In this document: positions 1-9,027 of the stretch, in pieces
Layout of the letters: every line of letters begins with the position of its first letter
How positions within the stretch are numbered: the first letter of the stretch is position 1
Sequence record: OQ992562.1
Length of the DNA: 64,000 nucleotides
Direction: 5' to 3' (one strand)
Program-made: the position numbers and the translations under genes
Notes under the pieces: generated by a model
Seen by the model: only the letters and a program-made list of their open reading frames with translations
Told to the model about the DNA's origin: nothing
The model's database searches: none

Positions 1-107
1 TTGCAGTAATACCATATGTAAAGAATACCCAAATCGGGATCTCCCGGACTATCTCCCTTCAGCGTTCCCGTCCGCAAATGAAGGTGCCGCCGAGATCCCA
101 CCTATTG

Positions 108-137
108 ATAATGCCCTCCCTTCGGGGAGGGCTTTAT
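108..137. terminator. GCCCTCCC-ttcg-GGGAGGGC hairpin, member of the dispersed hairpin family
   Basis: Perfect 8-bp stem, UUCG loop, followed by TTTATTT. Confidence 0.7.
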
Positions 138-169
138 TTCGCTTAAGCCTATTTATTTTATTATAAGGA

Positions 170-907
170 GTGAAAATGACATATATCGTAAATGATGGTA
201 AAGTCATGATTGCAGACTGCCTATTAATTGAGCGGAATAATGCAACTGATAGCATTGGGCGACTTCCAGTATTAGATAACGGTTATATTGATCTAACTGC
301 TAAAGCTGAAGGTGTAGATGTATATTACAATGATTGCCACAAGATAATTTTTCATCCGACTGTTACTTGGCAAGGCAAACGTGTTAAAACTATGGCTTTT
401 GCTGGAACTATAGATAATGTTTATGATCTATTGAATGCCCTTACCGCAGGTGTTGATTTAGCTGATTGGTTTAAAGTTGAAGTAAATATCTTGCCAGTCA
501 TAGAACGCAGGTTGTTTAATGGTAATACTTCTATGATGTTCACTATGGAGAATGGTGACATATATACAGTTATTCTTAAAGACATGGGTATCAACATCAC
601 CAAGAAAGATTGGGCTCATTTGGGTAGTGGTGTAGATGCAGTTAATAGTGTACTTGAGTTTATCCCTAATTGTAATGATAATGGATCAACCAAACTAACT
701 GCACTTGAAGCATTTGCTATTGCATGTGCACATACTACTACTGTAAGTCGTAAATTTGATTATTACATCCATGCTACAGGTGAGTACAAGCAAAATCAAG
801 AACTATCAACTAAACAACTAAAATGGATACTAGCGCGCATTCAAAAGCGGATGGATCTTACCCGCATTTTCAATGACCGCGAATATGCCAATAACATATG
901 GGGTTGA
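170..907 (+). CDS. Hypothetical protein, 245 aa
   Basis: Long ORF with AAGGAG RBS 6 nt upstream. Confidence 0.8.
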   Translation: MKMTYIVNDGKVMIADCLLIERNNATDSIGRLPVLDNGYIDLTAKAEGVDVYYNDCHKIIFHPTVTWQGKRVKTMAFAGTIDNVYDLLNALTAGVDLADWFKVEVNILPVIERRLFNGNTSMMFTMENGDIYTVILKDMGINITKKDWAHLGSGVDAVNSVLEFIPNCNDNGSTKLTALEAFAIACAHTTTVSRKFDYYIHATGEYKQNQELSTKQLKWILARIQKRMDLTRIFNDREYANNIWG

Positions 908-1428
908 TTTGTATGAGTAATTCTAATATGGATATGCTATATTACACTAATGTAAATTGGGAGCAATATTTTCATCATGTGAAACAACGTGCAGATGATA
1001 CTGTTAAAGTAATGTATAAACCTGAATATGAAGATCTTATTGATGAAGCATGTAGGCCATTAATTAAATGGTTTAATCAATTTACCAATGTTGCAACTAT
1101 TTATTGCTGTTCAGGCCATGTTGATGAAGAAACTGGTGGTAGCCCTGGATACATTAGTCTTTTATTTAAAGATACCAATGCAGAGAATTCTGCAATGCGT
1201 TTATTGCGTGAAGCAATGTGTAAGGGGCGTGAGTGTAAGATCCCATTCGAAATTGAACTGGGGGCTTATTTCGGGCATCTACATGAGACCATTGATCAGA
1301 ATCACTGGGTCGCCAATCTAGTCATCCGCACCAATAGTTACAAACGTAAAAATACGTATGATCGCTATTGGCATCGTCTTTACAATATCATAACAACATG
1401 TAATACTGAGGGTTTATACACCGTCTAA
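898..1428 (+). CDS. Tyw3/Taw3-like fold protein, 176 aa
   Basis: LIDEACRPLIKWFNQFTNVATIYCCSGH resembles the Tyw3 N-terminal D-x-x-I-x-x-L-x-x-x-N...T-x-x-S-C-x-G-[RH] pattern (recognised by eye). Confidence 0.5.
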   Translation: MGLICMSNSNMDMLYYTNVNWEQYFHHVKQRADDTVKVMYKPEYEDLIDEACRPLIKWFNQFTNVATIYCCSGHVDEETGGSPGYISLLFKDTNAENSAMRLLREAMCKGRECKIPFEIELGAYFGHLHETIDQNHWVANLVIRTNSYKRKNTYDRYWHRLYNIITTCNTEGLYTV

Positions 1429-1446
1429 AAAATCTGAGATAATTTA

Positions 1447-1596
1447 ATGAATGATATTAAAAATACATTATTAGTTAGATTAGAGAGGAAACAAAAAGCT
1501 AAGCGTATAGATAAATTACAAAGACTAGGTTTATGGTTTATTCTATTGCTATGTGTATCTAATCTATTTGTCCAATTAATAAAAGGTATATTCTAA
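1447..1596 (+). CDS. Small membrane protein, 49 aa (MNDIKNTLL...KGIF); not in the ORF track
   Basis: ATG to TAA, stop overlaps the next ATG (TAAATG), C-terminal hydrophobic helix. Confidence 0.6.
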   Translation: MNDIKNTLLVRLERKQKAKRIDKLQRLGLWFILLLCVSNLFVQLIKGIF

Positions 1597-2277
1597 ATGG
1601 TAGAAAAGCTCAGTTTTGCTGATATATTTAAGATGGCTAAAGAGGAAAATGTTAAGCTTGAATTGCATTGTCTAATTGGTACTCGACCAGTTAGGGGTCT
1701 TATTAAAAGTTTAAACTTTAATTCAATCAGACCTGATATATGTGAATCTGTTAATTTATATGTAAATGTATTTTCTAAAGTAGTAGAGGCTAGAGTAGAT
1801 CTATCAAGTACTACTGCTGATTATGGTTGCTGGAGAATGACGCCAGAAACTAAGAATTATGTAGATAGTAAATATAACTTACCAGAAAAAATTGATATCA
1901 CTAATCCAGATATCGTTAGGAGTAATATTAATTATTACCTCAGTTTACCTACTAAGGAACGCACTGAGTTATTTAATAAAATAAATAATCCTAATGTCAT
2001 TGAGGCAATAAACAAAGAATGGTCTAAAATGGTTGTAGAGTATTATCAATTTGAGATCGATTCGTTTATTGGATTAATTGATTTCGATCATGTCCTTATC
2101 AGTAAGTTCATGGTATTTAACTGGATGGATGATCTGTTTGAATATGCTTTAAATATCCCATTAAAACAAACCAATACAGTAAATGAAGGCACCTGTTGCT
2201 TACTGGTTCACAAAGATAAAAAGGCAACATATACCCATTTTACTGATATTAAAAATCTTATCAAAGTAAGTGTATAA
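1597..2277 (+). CDS. Hypothetical protein, 226 aa
   Basis: Long ORF directly coupled to the upstream stop codon. Confidence 0.8.
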   Translation: MVEKLSFADIFKMAKEENVKLELHCLIGTRPVRGLIKSLNFNSIRPDICESVNLYVNVFSKVVEARVDLSSTTADYGCWRMTPETKNYVDSKYNLPEKIDITNPDIVRSNINYYLSLPTKERTELFNKINNPNVIEAINKEWSKMVVEYYQFEIDSFIGLIDFDHVLISKFMVFNWMDDLFEYALNIPLKQTNTVNEGTCCLLVHKDKKATYTHFTDIKNLIKVSV

Positions 2278-2283
2278 TTACGG

Positions 2284-2316
2284 CATAAACCCCTCTCCGT
2301 ATGGAGAGGGGATATG
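2284..2316. terminator. Bidirectional hairpin between convergent genes
   Basis: CATAAA-CCCCTCTCC-gtat-GGAGAGGGG-A-TATG, then a T-tract. Confidence 0.75.
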
Positions 2317-2337
2317 TCTTTATTTTTTTATTTAAAC

Positions 2338-2727
2338 TCACTTAGAAAAATCTTCTACTGGAATATCATCCAGCCAATCATTAAGTAGTTTAAATTGATG
2401 AGGGTGTTGCATCTTAGTAACTTTACCATACTTAACACTAACTGCTTTACCAGTAGACACGGCAAGATCAACTAGTTTCTTTTCATATGCATTAAACTCA
2501 TCATACCACCGAGTATGAATAAGTTTTGCTAGGCGATCGTAAGCCGTCTTTCGATAATGATCTTCTTGTTCGCGACGCTGTTCGTCAAGTAGTTCTTTTT
2601 GACGTTGTTCTTGCTGACGCTTTTCTTCTTCCTTTTTCTCTTTCTCTAGTCGTTTCTTCTCAGCAAAATATGATAGAACCGGTAGTTTGAAAAGTAGGCT
2701 TAGAAGTAGTTGAAAGAATTGTTTCAT
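2338..2727 (-). CDS. N-terminally anchored coiled-coil protein, 129 aa
   Basis: Start placed at MKQFF after GAGGAA; hydrophobic N-terminus followed by an E/K/Q-rich coil. Confidence 0.7.
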   Translation of the reverse strand: MKQFFQLLLSLLFKLPVLSYFAEKKRLEKEKKEEEKRQQEQRQKELLDEQRREQEDHYRKTAYDRLAKLIHTRWYDEFNAYEKKLVDLAVSTGKAVSVKYGKVTKMQHPHQFKLLNDWLDDIPVEDFSK

Positions 2728-2807
2728 TAGTATTTCCTCAGTTTGATTAAATAGATAATTTACAAATGGCAATCCGCCTAGTTACATACTAGATAGCTGT
2801 AAGTATT

Positions 2808-3218
2808 TTAATCCGTTACAATGTCTGGATAACGTTCATCAATTAATGATTTTCTATATGCAAACTCACGCACCTCTGCTTCTAATTTTTCTTTAGTTGC
2901 ATCTGTAGCACCGATCACAATAATTGAATCATTATTAATTGATAACTCTACGTCATTATCTTTTCCAAATACTAATTTAAAAACAGTATTTAATTCATCT
3001 AATTGATCTTGAACGGTTACTGTATCATCATGGATTGCCCTAGACGGTTCCTCTAATAGACCCTCTAGCACTTTATAAGACTTTATAAAAAGAGTATCAT
3101 TAAAATCTTCTTTTAACCATGTTAATTCAAGTGTATATAAATCAACCACTCTATTAAGATTTGAAGTAGTTATATCTGTTTTCCATTCATAACCTAGATA
3201 GTTAGTTTCATTACTCAT
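2808..3218 (-). CDS. Hypothetical protein, 136 aa
   Basis: AAGGAG RBS; middle-type promoter immediately upstream. Confidence 0.75.
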   Translation of the reverse strand: MSNETNYLGYEWKTDITTSNLNRVVDLYTLELTWLKEDFNDTLFIKSYKVLEGLLEEPSRAIHDDTVTVQDQLDELNTVFKLVFGKDNDVELSINNDSIIVIGATDATKEKLEAEVREFAYRKSLIDERYPDIVTD

Positions 3219-3237
3219 TATAAACTCCTTTGATTAA

Positions 3238-3266
3238 TACATATTAAATAATCTGGAGTATTATTT
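3238..3266 (-). promoter_or_regulatory. phiKZ middle-type promoter AAATAATAC-N14-TATGTA
   Basis: Same two boxes with a 14-nt spacer recur at 3653, 5826, 6666, 7993, 9525 and 63817. Confidence 0.65.
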
Positions 3267-3437
3267 CTTTGTAATGCGATAACCAACTGACCATAAATCT
3301 ATACGGACGAAACCTTTTCCCTCATGTTGACCGTATAAACATACACGTAACATTCTATTACCTGGCTTCATATCAATTCGTGTTACCTCAAATTTATTAG
3401 TAATGTATTCTTGGATGATAAATAATAGATGACTCAT
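3261..3437 (-). CDS. Hypothetical protein, 58 aa (MSHLLFIIQ...RITKK); not in the ORF track
   Basis: ATG after CAGGAAAA; open to TAA. Confidence 0.55.
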   Translation of the reverse strand: MSHLLFIIQEYITNKFEVTRIDMKPGNRMLRVCLYGQHEGKGFVRIDLWSVGYRITKK

Positions 3438-3463
3438 TTTATATTTTCCTGATTAATGACAAA

Positions 3464-3494
3464 CATAAGCCCCTCCATATGGAGGGGCAATATG
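3464..3494. terminator. CATA...TATG family hairpin
   Basis: CATAA-GCCCCTCC-atat-GGAGGGGC-AA-TATG. Confidence 0.7.
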
Positions 3495-3566
3495 ATTTAC
3501 TGAGTCTTTCGCGTTCAATCCCATCCTAACTAATATATTTAAGAATAGTTTAAACCTCAGTAAATT

Positions 3567-3643
3567 TGGTGCCGCCACTCCGAATCGAACGGAGGACCTA
3601 CGCATTACAAGTGCGTTGCTCTACCTAGCTGAGCTATAGCGGC
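3567..3643 (-). tRNA. trnT: tRNA-Thr(UGU)
   Basis: Cloverleaf GCCGCTATAGCTCAG...ACGCA-CT-TGT-AA-TGCGT...GTTCGATTC...CCA. Confidence 0.95.
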
Positions 3644-3652
3644 GGAATCTTC

Positions 3653-3681
3653 TACATATAGTGTATATGAAAGTATTATTT
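3653..3681 (-). promoter_or_regulatory. Middle-type promoter for tRNA-Thr
   Basis: AAATAATAC-N14-TATGTA about 10 nt upstream of the tRNA. Confidence 0.65.
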
Positions 3682-3705
3682 TATTTATTATAATAAATAA
3701 AGTTA

Positions 3706-3750
3706 TATTCAAACATATTTAAACAGTATATCATTAACTTGATATTACTA
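3706..3750 (+). promoter_or_regulatory. Early-promoter cassette copy
   Basis: TATTCAAACATATTTAAACAG-TATATCAT-TAACTTGATATT, near-identical to the copies at 18545 and 20900. Confidence 0.7.
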
Positions 3751-3790
3751 AAAGTAATATTTTCTATTAATTGTAAATAGGATACTAAAT

Positions 3791-3928
3791 ATGAATATTG
3801 ATCCAAAAACTCTTGGCATTATTATTAGCACCACTATTGGCACCGTAGGTGCTCTTATTCTTACGTATGGTATTGCGAGAGCAGTACGTTGGAATAATAA
3901 ACCTGATGTAAAAGATGTAGCAGAGTAA
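3791..3928 (+). CDS. Early single-pass membrane microprotein, 45 aa; not in the ORF track
   Basis: TAGGA RBS; MNIDPKTLGIIISTTIGTVGALILTYGIARAVRWNNKPDVKDVAE; own promoter and own terminator (3934-3966). Confidence 0.7.
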   Translation: MNIDPKTLGIIISTTIGTVGALILTYGIARAVRWNNKPDVKDVAE

Positions 3929-3985
3929 GATAACATAAAGCTAGCCCATTAGGGGCTAGCTCTTATATTTATTTTTTTATTTGTT

Positions 3986-4615
3986 TTAACTTAGAGTACT
4001 ATAATAAATAAATTTAGTTAATTCATCTTGTTGCTCTTTGATTATATTATTTTTCGTTTGTTTAACATTAATGTAATATTCAATAAATAACCAACGTCTA
4101 TCATGTTTGGCTAAGTCTTTGAATTCAATTTTCTCAAATCGCCATGACTGTACAGTAGTCCTAATGAGATTACCGGATTTATTGATAATATACCCTTGCA
4201 TGGTGTTAATTTGATCATCGATAGTAGGCGTTGGTAAAAATATCAAATAAACACCATCTGTATTTTTAGTGTGCATACTTTTTAATTTATACATCATTGG
4301 GTTAAAGTATTCATCACTTTTATGATAATCGCTTAATTCTAACACAGCATCAATCATCATTTTAGCGCTTTCAGTAACACCAACATTTAGTAAATAATCA
4401 TTAAGCTCTTTTAATGAATTATCTGTAAGTGATGCATCTATGTGTTCTTCACTTATAGGTTCATTATAAACTAGTTTATTAATAGTTGAATTAACAATAT
4501 TTAGCCTATCGATATCATAAACTGCTAGTGTTTGTTTACCAACATTTATTTTTAAGTCTTTACCTGATTCATTGATAAAATCATTTAAATCTACTTCAGT
4601 AAAATGAAAAGCCAT
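3986..4615 (-). CDS. Hypothetical protein, 209 aa
   Basis: Long ORF, AAGGTG RBS. Confidence 0.8.
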   Translation of the reverse strand: MAFHFTEVDLNDFINESGKDLKINVGKQTLAVYDIDRLNIVNSTINKLVYNEPISEEHIDASLTDNSLKELNDYLLNVGVTESAKMMIDAVLELSDYHKSDEYFNPMMYKLKSMHTKNTDGVYLIFLPTPTIDDQINTMQGYIINKSGNLIRTTVQSWRFEKIEFKDLAKHDRRWLFIEYYINVKQTKNNIIKEQQDELTKFIYYSTLS

Positions 4616-5086
4616 TTTTATACACCTTTATGTTTTCCGTAGTGTTAAATTTTATTAACACCCGGTTTCAAGTTGAGTTATGTGTAGAACTAATCTACAA
4701 ATAATATTAACTCTATGTATAATTTTACTTATAAATAGACCACTCTATATAGAGGGGTATTAAGTCATATAAAGTTATTTTAGTGTGGGTCTAAATACAA
4801 ACATTACGTCTACTTCATCAGTTGGGTCGACATCATATTCTGTCCCAGTATTATCAATCGCAACCAACATTCTCACATTCCTCGGTAAAGGGCTTTATGT
4901 GATTTAGATAGGCGAGTGATAAAATACCTAAATGCACTGAGATATTCTCTGATAAATCCTTTACCTTTATTAAAATTATCACCTACATGGACCATTCAAT
5001 CACTTTTATGTAGCTTGATTTCAATCAATTAAAGGGTATAACGAATGTAATGTATTTATACACGAATATAGTTATCATAAGCTCAA

Positions 5087-5377
5087 CTACTTGGGGTAAA
5101 AGAGTGGACGGAGATCAGTCTCATGGTATTCATCTTTGATATGGGAAAAGTACTTATTGAAATTATCCACACTATACGAAGTTCTAAGCCCATTTGGCCA
5201 AATCACTAACATGTCACCAACTTCGAATGCCGTGATCATAGCCTCAAAGTCTTTTATGTTTACATGATCATTACCAAGTTTCACGAATCGACATGCACGG
5301 AAACCACATTCCCAGTCAGACGACATCCATTGACCAGCCTCAGTAATCAGCTTTGCACGAACTAATGTCTTAGCCAT
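5087..5377 (-). CDS. Hypothetical protein, 96 aa
   Basis: ORF coupled to the upstream small ORF. Confidence 0.65.
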   Translation of the reverse strand: MAKTLVRAKLITEAGQWMSSDWECGFRACRFVKLGNDHVNIKDFEAMITAFEVGDMLVIWPNGLRTSYSVDNFNKYFSHIKDEYHETDLRPLFYPK

Positions 5378-5555
5378 ACTTGGTACCCCAGTTTATCGTT
5401 TTGTCGAGAAGAGCTTGACTAGGTCGTTTATTACGAATCTGATTCTTAATAGACTCATTTAGCTCTTCCATCGTTTTCCGAACTTTAACTAATCGTTCCT
5501 TTTGTTCATTTGTAGGAACACTACTAACTATATCTTGCAATGCTTTAAGTGACAT
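5370..5555 (-). CDS. Hypothetical protein, 61 aa
   Basis: AGGGT RBS, basic helical peptide. Confidence 0.55.
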   Translation of the reverse strand: MSLKALQDIVSSVPTNEQKERLVKVRKTMEELNESIKNQIRNKRPSQALLDKTINWGTKYG

Positions 5556-5686
5556 GTCTTTACCCTATTTGTATTCAGCTATAAGATTCAACTACTGGGT
5601 ACTTTTACAAGACGACATAAAGGCAGCTAATGCTGCCTTTATAGTTTACATAGTAGTGAAATATAACTAAATCTAAAACTATGAAT

Positions 5687-5762
<76 letters not shown>

Positions 5763-5823
5763 AGAATTATGGCGATTTTATATTAGAGATGAGTTACTGA
5801 CAACCTAATATAGATATGTAATA

Positions 5824-5858
5824 ACTACATATTATTACAATCTGAGTATTATTTATTT
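5824..5858 (-). promoter_or_regulatory. Middle-type promoter; 35 nt identical to 63813-63847 on the + strand
   Basis: AAATAAATAATACTCAGATTGTAATAATATGTAGT occurs exactly twice in the places I compared. Confidence 0.7.
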
Positions 5859-5923
5859 CTTGTTATGACATTATGTAAATAACGTGTAGTTAATCTTATT
5901 AGAAACTATCAAAGTTACTAATT

Positions 5924-6436
5924 CTAACTAAAACGAACCACCATTACCTCTGTACCAAAAGTATCTGCAACCCACTGGTTAAATTCTTTATCAGTGATAC
6001 CGCGTAGGTTCAGATTAAATGAGGCATTGTCAACAAGAATATATTTTACAGACGATATTAATTCTTCTTTAATATCTTTTTGAATAGATGATTCTTCAGG
6101 TTGATGAATATATTTGCGGAGTTGGTGTGTAATTAAACAAGAAACAATATTATCTTTAGCATTCTGGAACTTAGCCAGTACAGCCTGTTTAATTTTATCT
6201 TCTACAAATACAGCTAGACATTCGCCAGGGTGACGATTAGCAAACTCAATCAATGCAGTTGTACTACCACATTGCCGACCTACAAATAATCCAACAGTCC
6301 TGTATTCACGAATAACAATATGACCAATAGAATTAGATCGATAATTAACCCAGTTCTCATTCGTTTTTTGAATTAAAGCATCTAGGATATCTTGGTACTT
6401 TACAATAGTTCTTACAAACGGATTAGAGTTAGTCAT
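5924..6436 (-). CDS. Small P-loop NTPase-fold protein with a degenerate Walker A, 170 aa
   Basis: GLFVGRQCGSTT (Lys replaced by Ser) and a Walker B-like KYILVDN. Confidence 0.55.
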   Translation of the reverse strand: MTNSNPFVRTIVKYQDILDALIQKTNENWVNYRSNSIGHIVIREYRTVGLFVGRQCGSTTALIEFANRHPGECLAVFVEDKIKQAVLAKFQNAKDNIVSCLITHQLRKYIHQPEESSIQKDIKEELISSVKYILVDNASFNLNLRGITDKEFNQWVADTFGTEVMVVRFS

Positions 6437-6720
6437 AATAGACTCCTTTATTACAATGTAGCATAGATTCAGTTTTTTAACTGGAATTAAATGCCGATTT
6501 TGAAAAGGTGATAAAACCTTTTCTCATCTATAAATGAATTTATAATAGTAACAATGAATATAACCAGGGGTGGCAAACCCCTGGCATTTAGACACACTCT
6601 ATAATAAGTTCTACCACCGAGTGTGTTTAGTGGATAGATTTAAGAATACTTTATTATAGTACTCTTACATAATATCATCGTGCCAGTATAATTATCTAAA
6701 TAGTTATAAATATTATTATT

Positions 6721-7728
6721 TTAATCAATGATTAATGGTGCTAGTTTTACCTGATAGATACCTGATAACAATTGGCTTTTCAACATATATGCTCCACCAC
6801 CAACTGGCATTTTAGATCCACCTACAATGATCATGCTATTATCCGGACCTTTAGCTATAGATGAAATATTAAGGAATCCGATACCTAGTTCAAATGGTTC
6901 AGCCCATTTCCGGCGCCTAATATTAAAACGTTGTGCAAACATTTTAGTTACACCGCCGACATCAACAGCGTTAAGGTAATTAAAATAGTCCCCATCTACA
7001 TAACCATTACCTTGCCAGATTGTTCCTTTATCAGCAGGTATAATCATCCAAGGTGTTTGCTCCCATATTAAGGTAGTTGCATTATATCGATAAACTTCAA
7101 GATTAGGTATGTTCTTTGTATTATCCCAACCACCAAAATGGTAAAAGTAACCATTATAAAAGAATAACTGTTGACCTGAACGAGCACCACCTGAATAGTC
7201 TTGCCCGCTAAGCCAAGACTTACTTGATGGTTTTAATCGCATTGCGTTTACGCCAATTGGGTTAACGCATAGAATAAGATCATTACCATCTGATGCGGAG
7301 GCTGTGCCCCAAAGTGGTACGGGACCACTATATCGCTCAACCCTATTGCCTGTAGCTATATCAAAATGTTGTATAAAGTTAGATGTTCCCGTACCACCAT
7401 TACCAGCCGAGTTCCATCCAGTAATACCGCCATAAACAATAAAGTTATTCTTATGTAATGTCCCAAATCCTAAAGATACCCCTGGTAAGAATGTTCCAGA
7501 AGCAGTTGCACCTATATCGGCAAATGGCGATATGGTAAAACGTCTGAACACAGTTGCAGCTGTTTGTCCTTCAGTATGATGACCAGATCCAACATACAGT
7601 GTATTTCCATCCACATATGACATTGTACCAGCTAACGCTACAGGTAGATCACCTAATTTAATAATTTCATTAAATCCAACCAAGGGTAACTCTTCGCCTA
7701 TATCTGGTGATAATAGTAATTCAAACAT
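6721..7728 (-). CDS. Kelch-repeat beta-propeller protein, 335 aa, probably virion-associated
   Basis: Repeated hhhhGG motifs (LYVGSG, FIVYGG, FYHFGGWD, MIIVGG) with downstream W/Y residues. Confidence 0.7.
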   Translation of the reverse strand: MFELLLSPDIGEELPLVGFNEIIKLGDLPVALAGTMSYVDGNTLYVGSGHHTEGQTAATVFRRFTISPFADIGATASGTFLPGVSLGFGTLHKNNFIVYGGITGWNSAGNGGTGTSNFIQHFDIATGNRVERYSGPVPLWGTASASDGNDLILCVNPIGVNAMRLKPSSKSWLSGQDYSGGARSGQQLFFYNGYFYHFGGWDNTKNIPNLEVYRYNATTLIWEQTPWMIIPADKGTIWQGNGYVDGDYFNYLNAVDVGGVTKMFAQRFNIRRRKWAEPFELGIGFLNISSIAKGPDNSMIIVGGSKMPVGGGAYMLKSQLLSGIYQVKLAPLIID

Positions 7729-7812
7729 GAGTGTGCTCTCAAGTAAATCATTTTAATTCATAAGATAACCCATGGCAACATAAAAGAGTAGCCGAAGCTA
7801 CTCTTTAGAATA

Positions 7813-7888
<76 letters not shown>

Positions 7889-7894
7889 ATTAAA

Positions 7895-7971
7895 TGGCGC
7901 GCCCAAGGGGACTCGAACCCCTGACCACCCGCGTGACAGGCGGGTATTCTAACCAACTGAACTATGAGCGC
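7895..7971 (-). tRNA. trnD: tRNA-Asp(GUC)
   Basis: Anticodon arm CCCGC-CT-GTC-AC-GCGGG, TTCGAG T-loop, CCA end. Confidence 0.95.
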
Positions 7972-8023
7972 AAACGTATGGACATGTCTTCCTACATAGT
8001 ATTACATAACCAGTAATATTTTA

Positions 8024-8371
8024 TTACGGGCGATCAGTCCAGTGCTTGAAATAGTTACCATCCTTGGGACAATCGTACTTAGCAAGAATATTTTTAAGTT
8101 CTTCGCCGGACAACTTAATACTATCGCCTACTGGGCTATCCAGTTCAGGGCAAGGTTCAGTTTTACGTGTAATGATTAAATTATCAGTCCCATCTTTGAA
8201 GATAAAGATAAACTGCGTTTCATTAGCACTAATCTTTTTCTTAACGCAATGCTTTACTTCTGGATGTTTCTTGTGGATCACTACAAAAGATTCAACAAGA
8301 GTTAGCTTTATAAACTCAGGGCTAATAAATGTGAAATATACAGCGCTCTGCGTTGGGGTTAGATGATCCAT
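8024..8371 (-). CDS. Hypothetical protein, 115 aa
   Basis: CGGAG RBS; lies in an operon-like run. Confidence 0.7.
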   Translation of the reverse strand: MDHLTPTQSAVYFTFISPEFIKLTLVESFVVIHKKHPEVKHCVKKKISANETQFIFIFKDGTDNLIITRKTEPCPELDSPVGDSIKLSGEELKNILAKYDCPKDGNYFKHWTDRP

Positions 8372-8373
8372 AT

Positions 8374-8661
8374 TTACTCCGTATGTTTGAGATAGGCTTT
8401 AACTGCTTTAAGACCTTTATTAAAGAACATAGCTTCAACATAAGTAATGTTACTTACATCCTCGCCGATAAGTTCCCATTTGATGCAACGTGTAACAGCG
8501 TTGATTGTAATATCTAATCCGTTTGGGAATAGGGTTACTTCATCGGTCAGGTGAATCCAATCGGGAGCCTTCGCTCCATTACGTAAACGGGGACTAAAAG
8601 TAAGATTATAAAGTGTTTGTAATGGTTGTCTCAATAGTTCTTTTTGTTCTTGATGTTCCAT
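8374..8661 (-). CDS. Hypothetical protein, 95 aa
   Basis: Start placed at MEHQ after TAGGAAAA. Confidence 0.65.
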   Translation of the reverse strand: MEHQEQKELLRQPLQTLYNLTFSPRLRNGAKAPDWIHLTDEVTLFPNGLDITINAVTRCIKWELIGEDVSNITYVEAMFFNKGLKAVKAYLKHTE

Positions 8662-8669
8662 GTATTTTC

Positions 8670-8891
8670 CTAGAGACATTTAAAAATATAAATAGAATGG
8701 TTATCTCTTTCGGTTATCTTTAGAGTATTCTCATTTCGAATAACTTCAAGAGACTTGTATTTATGTTCCAGAATATCCAGATGAGAAATACACTGTTCCC
8801 TATTTTCAAATAGGATATTACTTTCATTAGTCGAAATGAGACCAAATAATCCAACTTTGATAGATAATACCAACATTATTACTGTATTCAT
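8670..8891 (-). CDS. Hypothetical protein, 73 aa, hydrophobic N-terminus
   Basis: Start placed at MNTVIML after GAGGAAAAC. Confidence 0.6.
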   Translation of the reverse strand: MNTVIMLVLSIKVGLFGLISTNESNILFENREQCISHLDILEHKYKSLEVIRNENTLKITERDNHSIYIFKCL

Positions 8892-8943
8892 GTTTTCCTC
8901 AATGAGACAGTATAAAACCTCCCCCAAGTGGGAGGCTAGTATA

Positions 8944-9020
8944 TGGTGGGCCCAGCAGGACTTGAACCTGCGACCAAGCGATTATGAGTCGCCTGCTCTA
9001 ACCAACTGAGCTATAGGCCC
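8944..9020 (-). tRNA. trnI: tRNA with CAU anticodon, Ile2 (lysidine) type rather than Met
   Basis: Anticodon arm GGCGA-CT-CAT-AA-TCGCT and C4-G69/C5-G68 pairs as in E. coli ileX. Confidence 0.85.
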
Positions 9021-9027
9021 TTTTTAT

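Noticed and set aside
4690-4997. Two short minus-strand ORFs (MVHVGDNF...YRGM and MRMLVAIDN...) that might be a broken metallophosphoesterase
   Set aside because: Only an HVGD fragment matches; the GNHD and other motifs are absent
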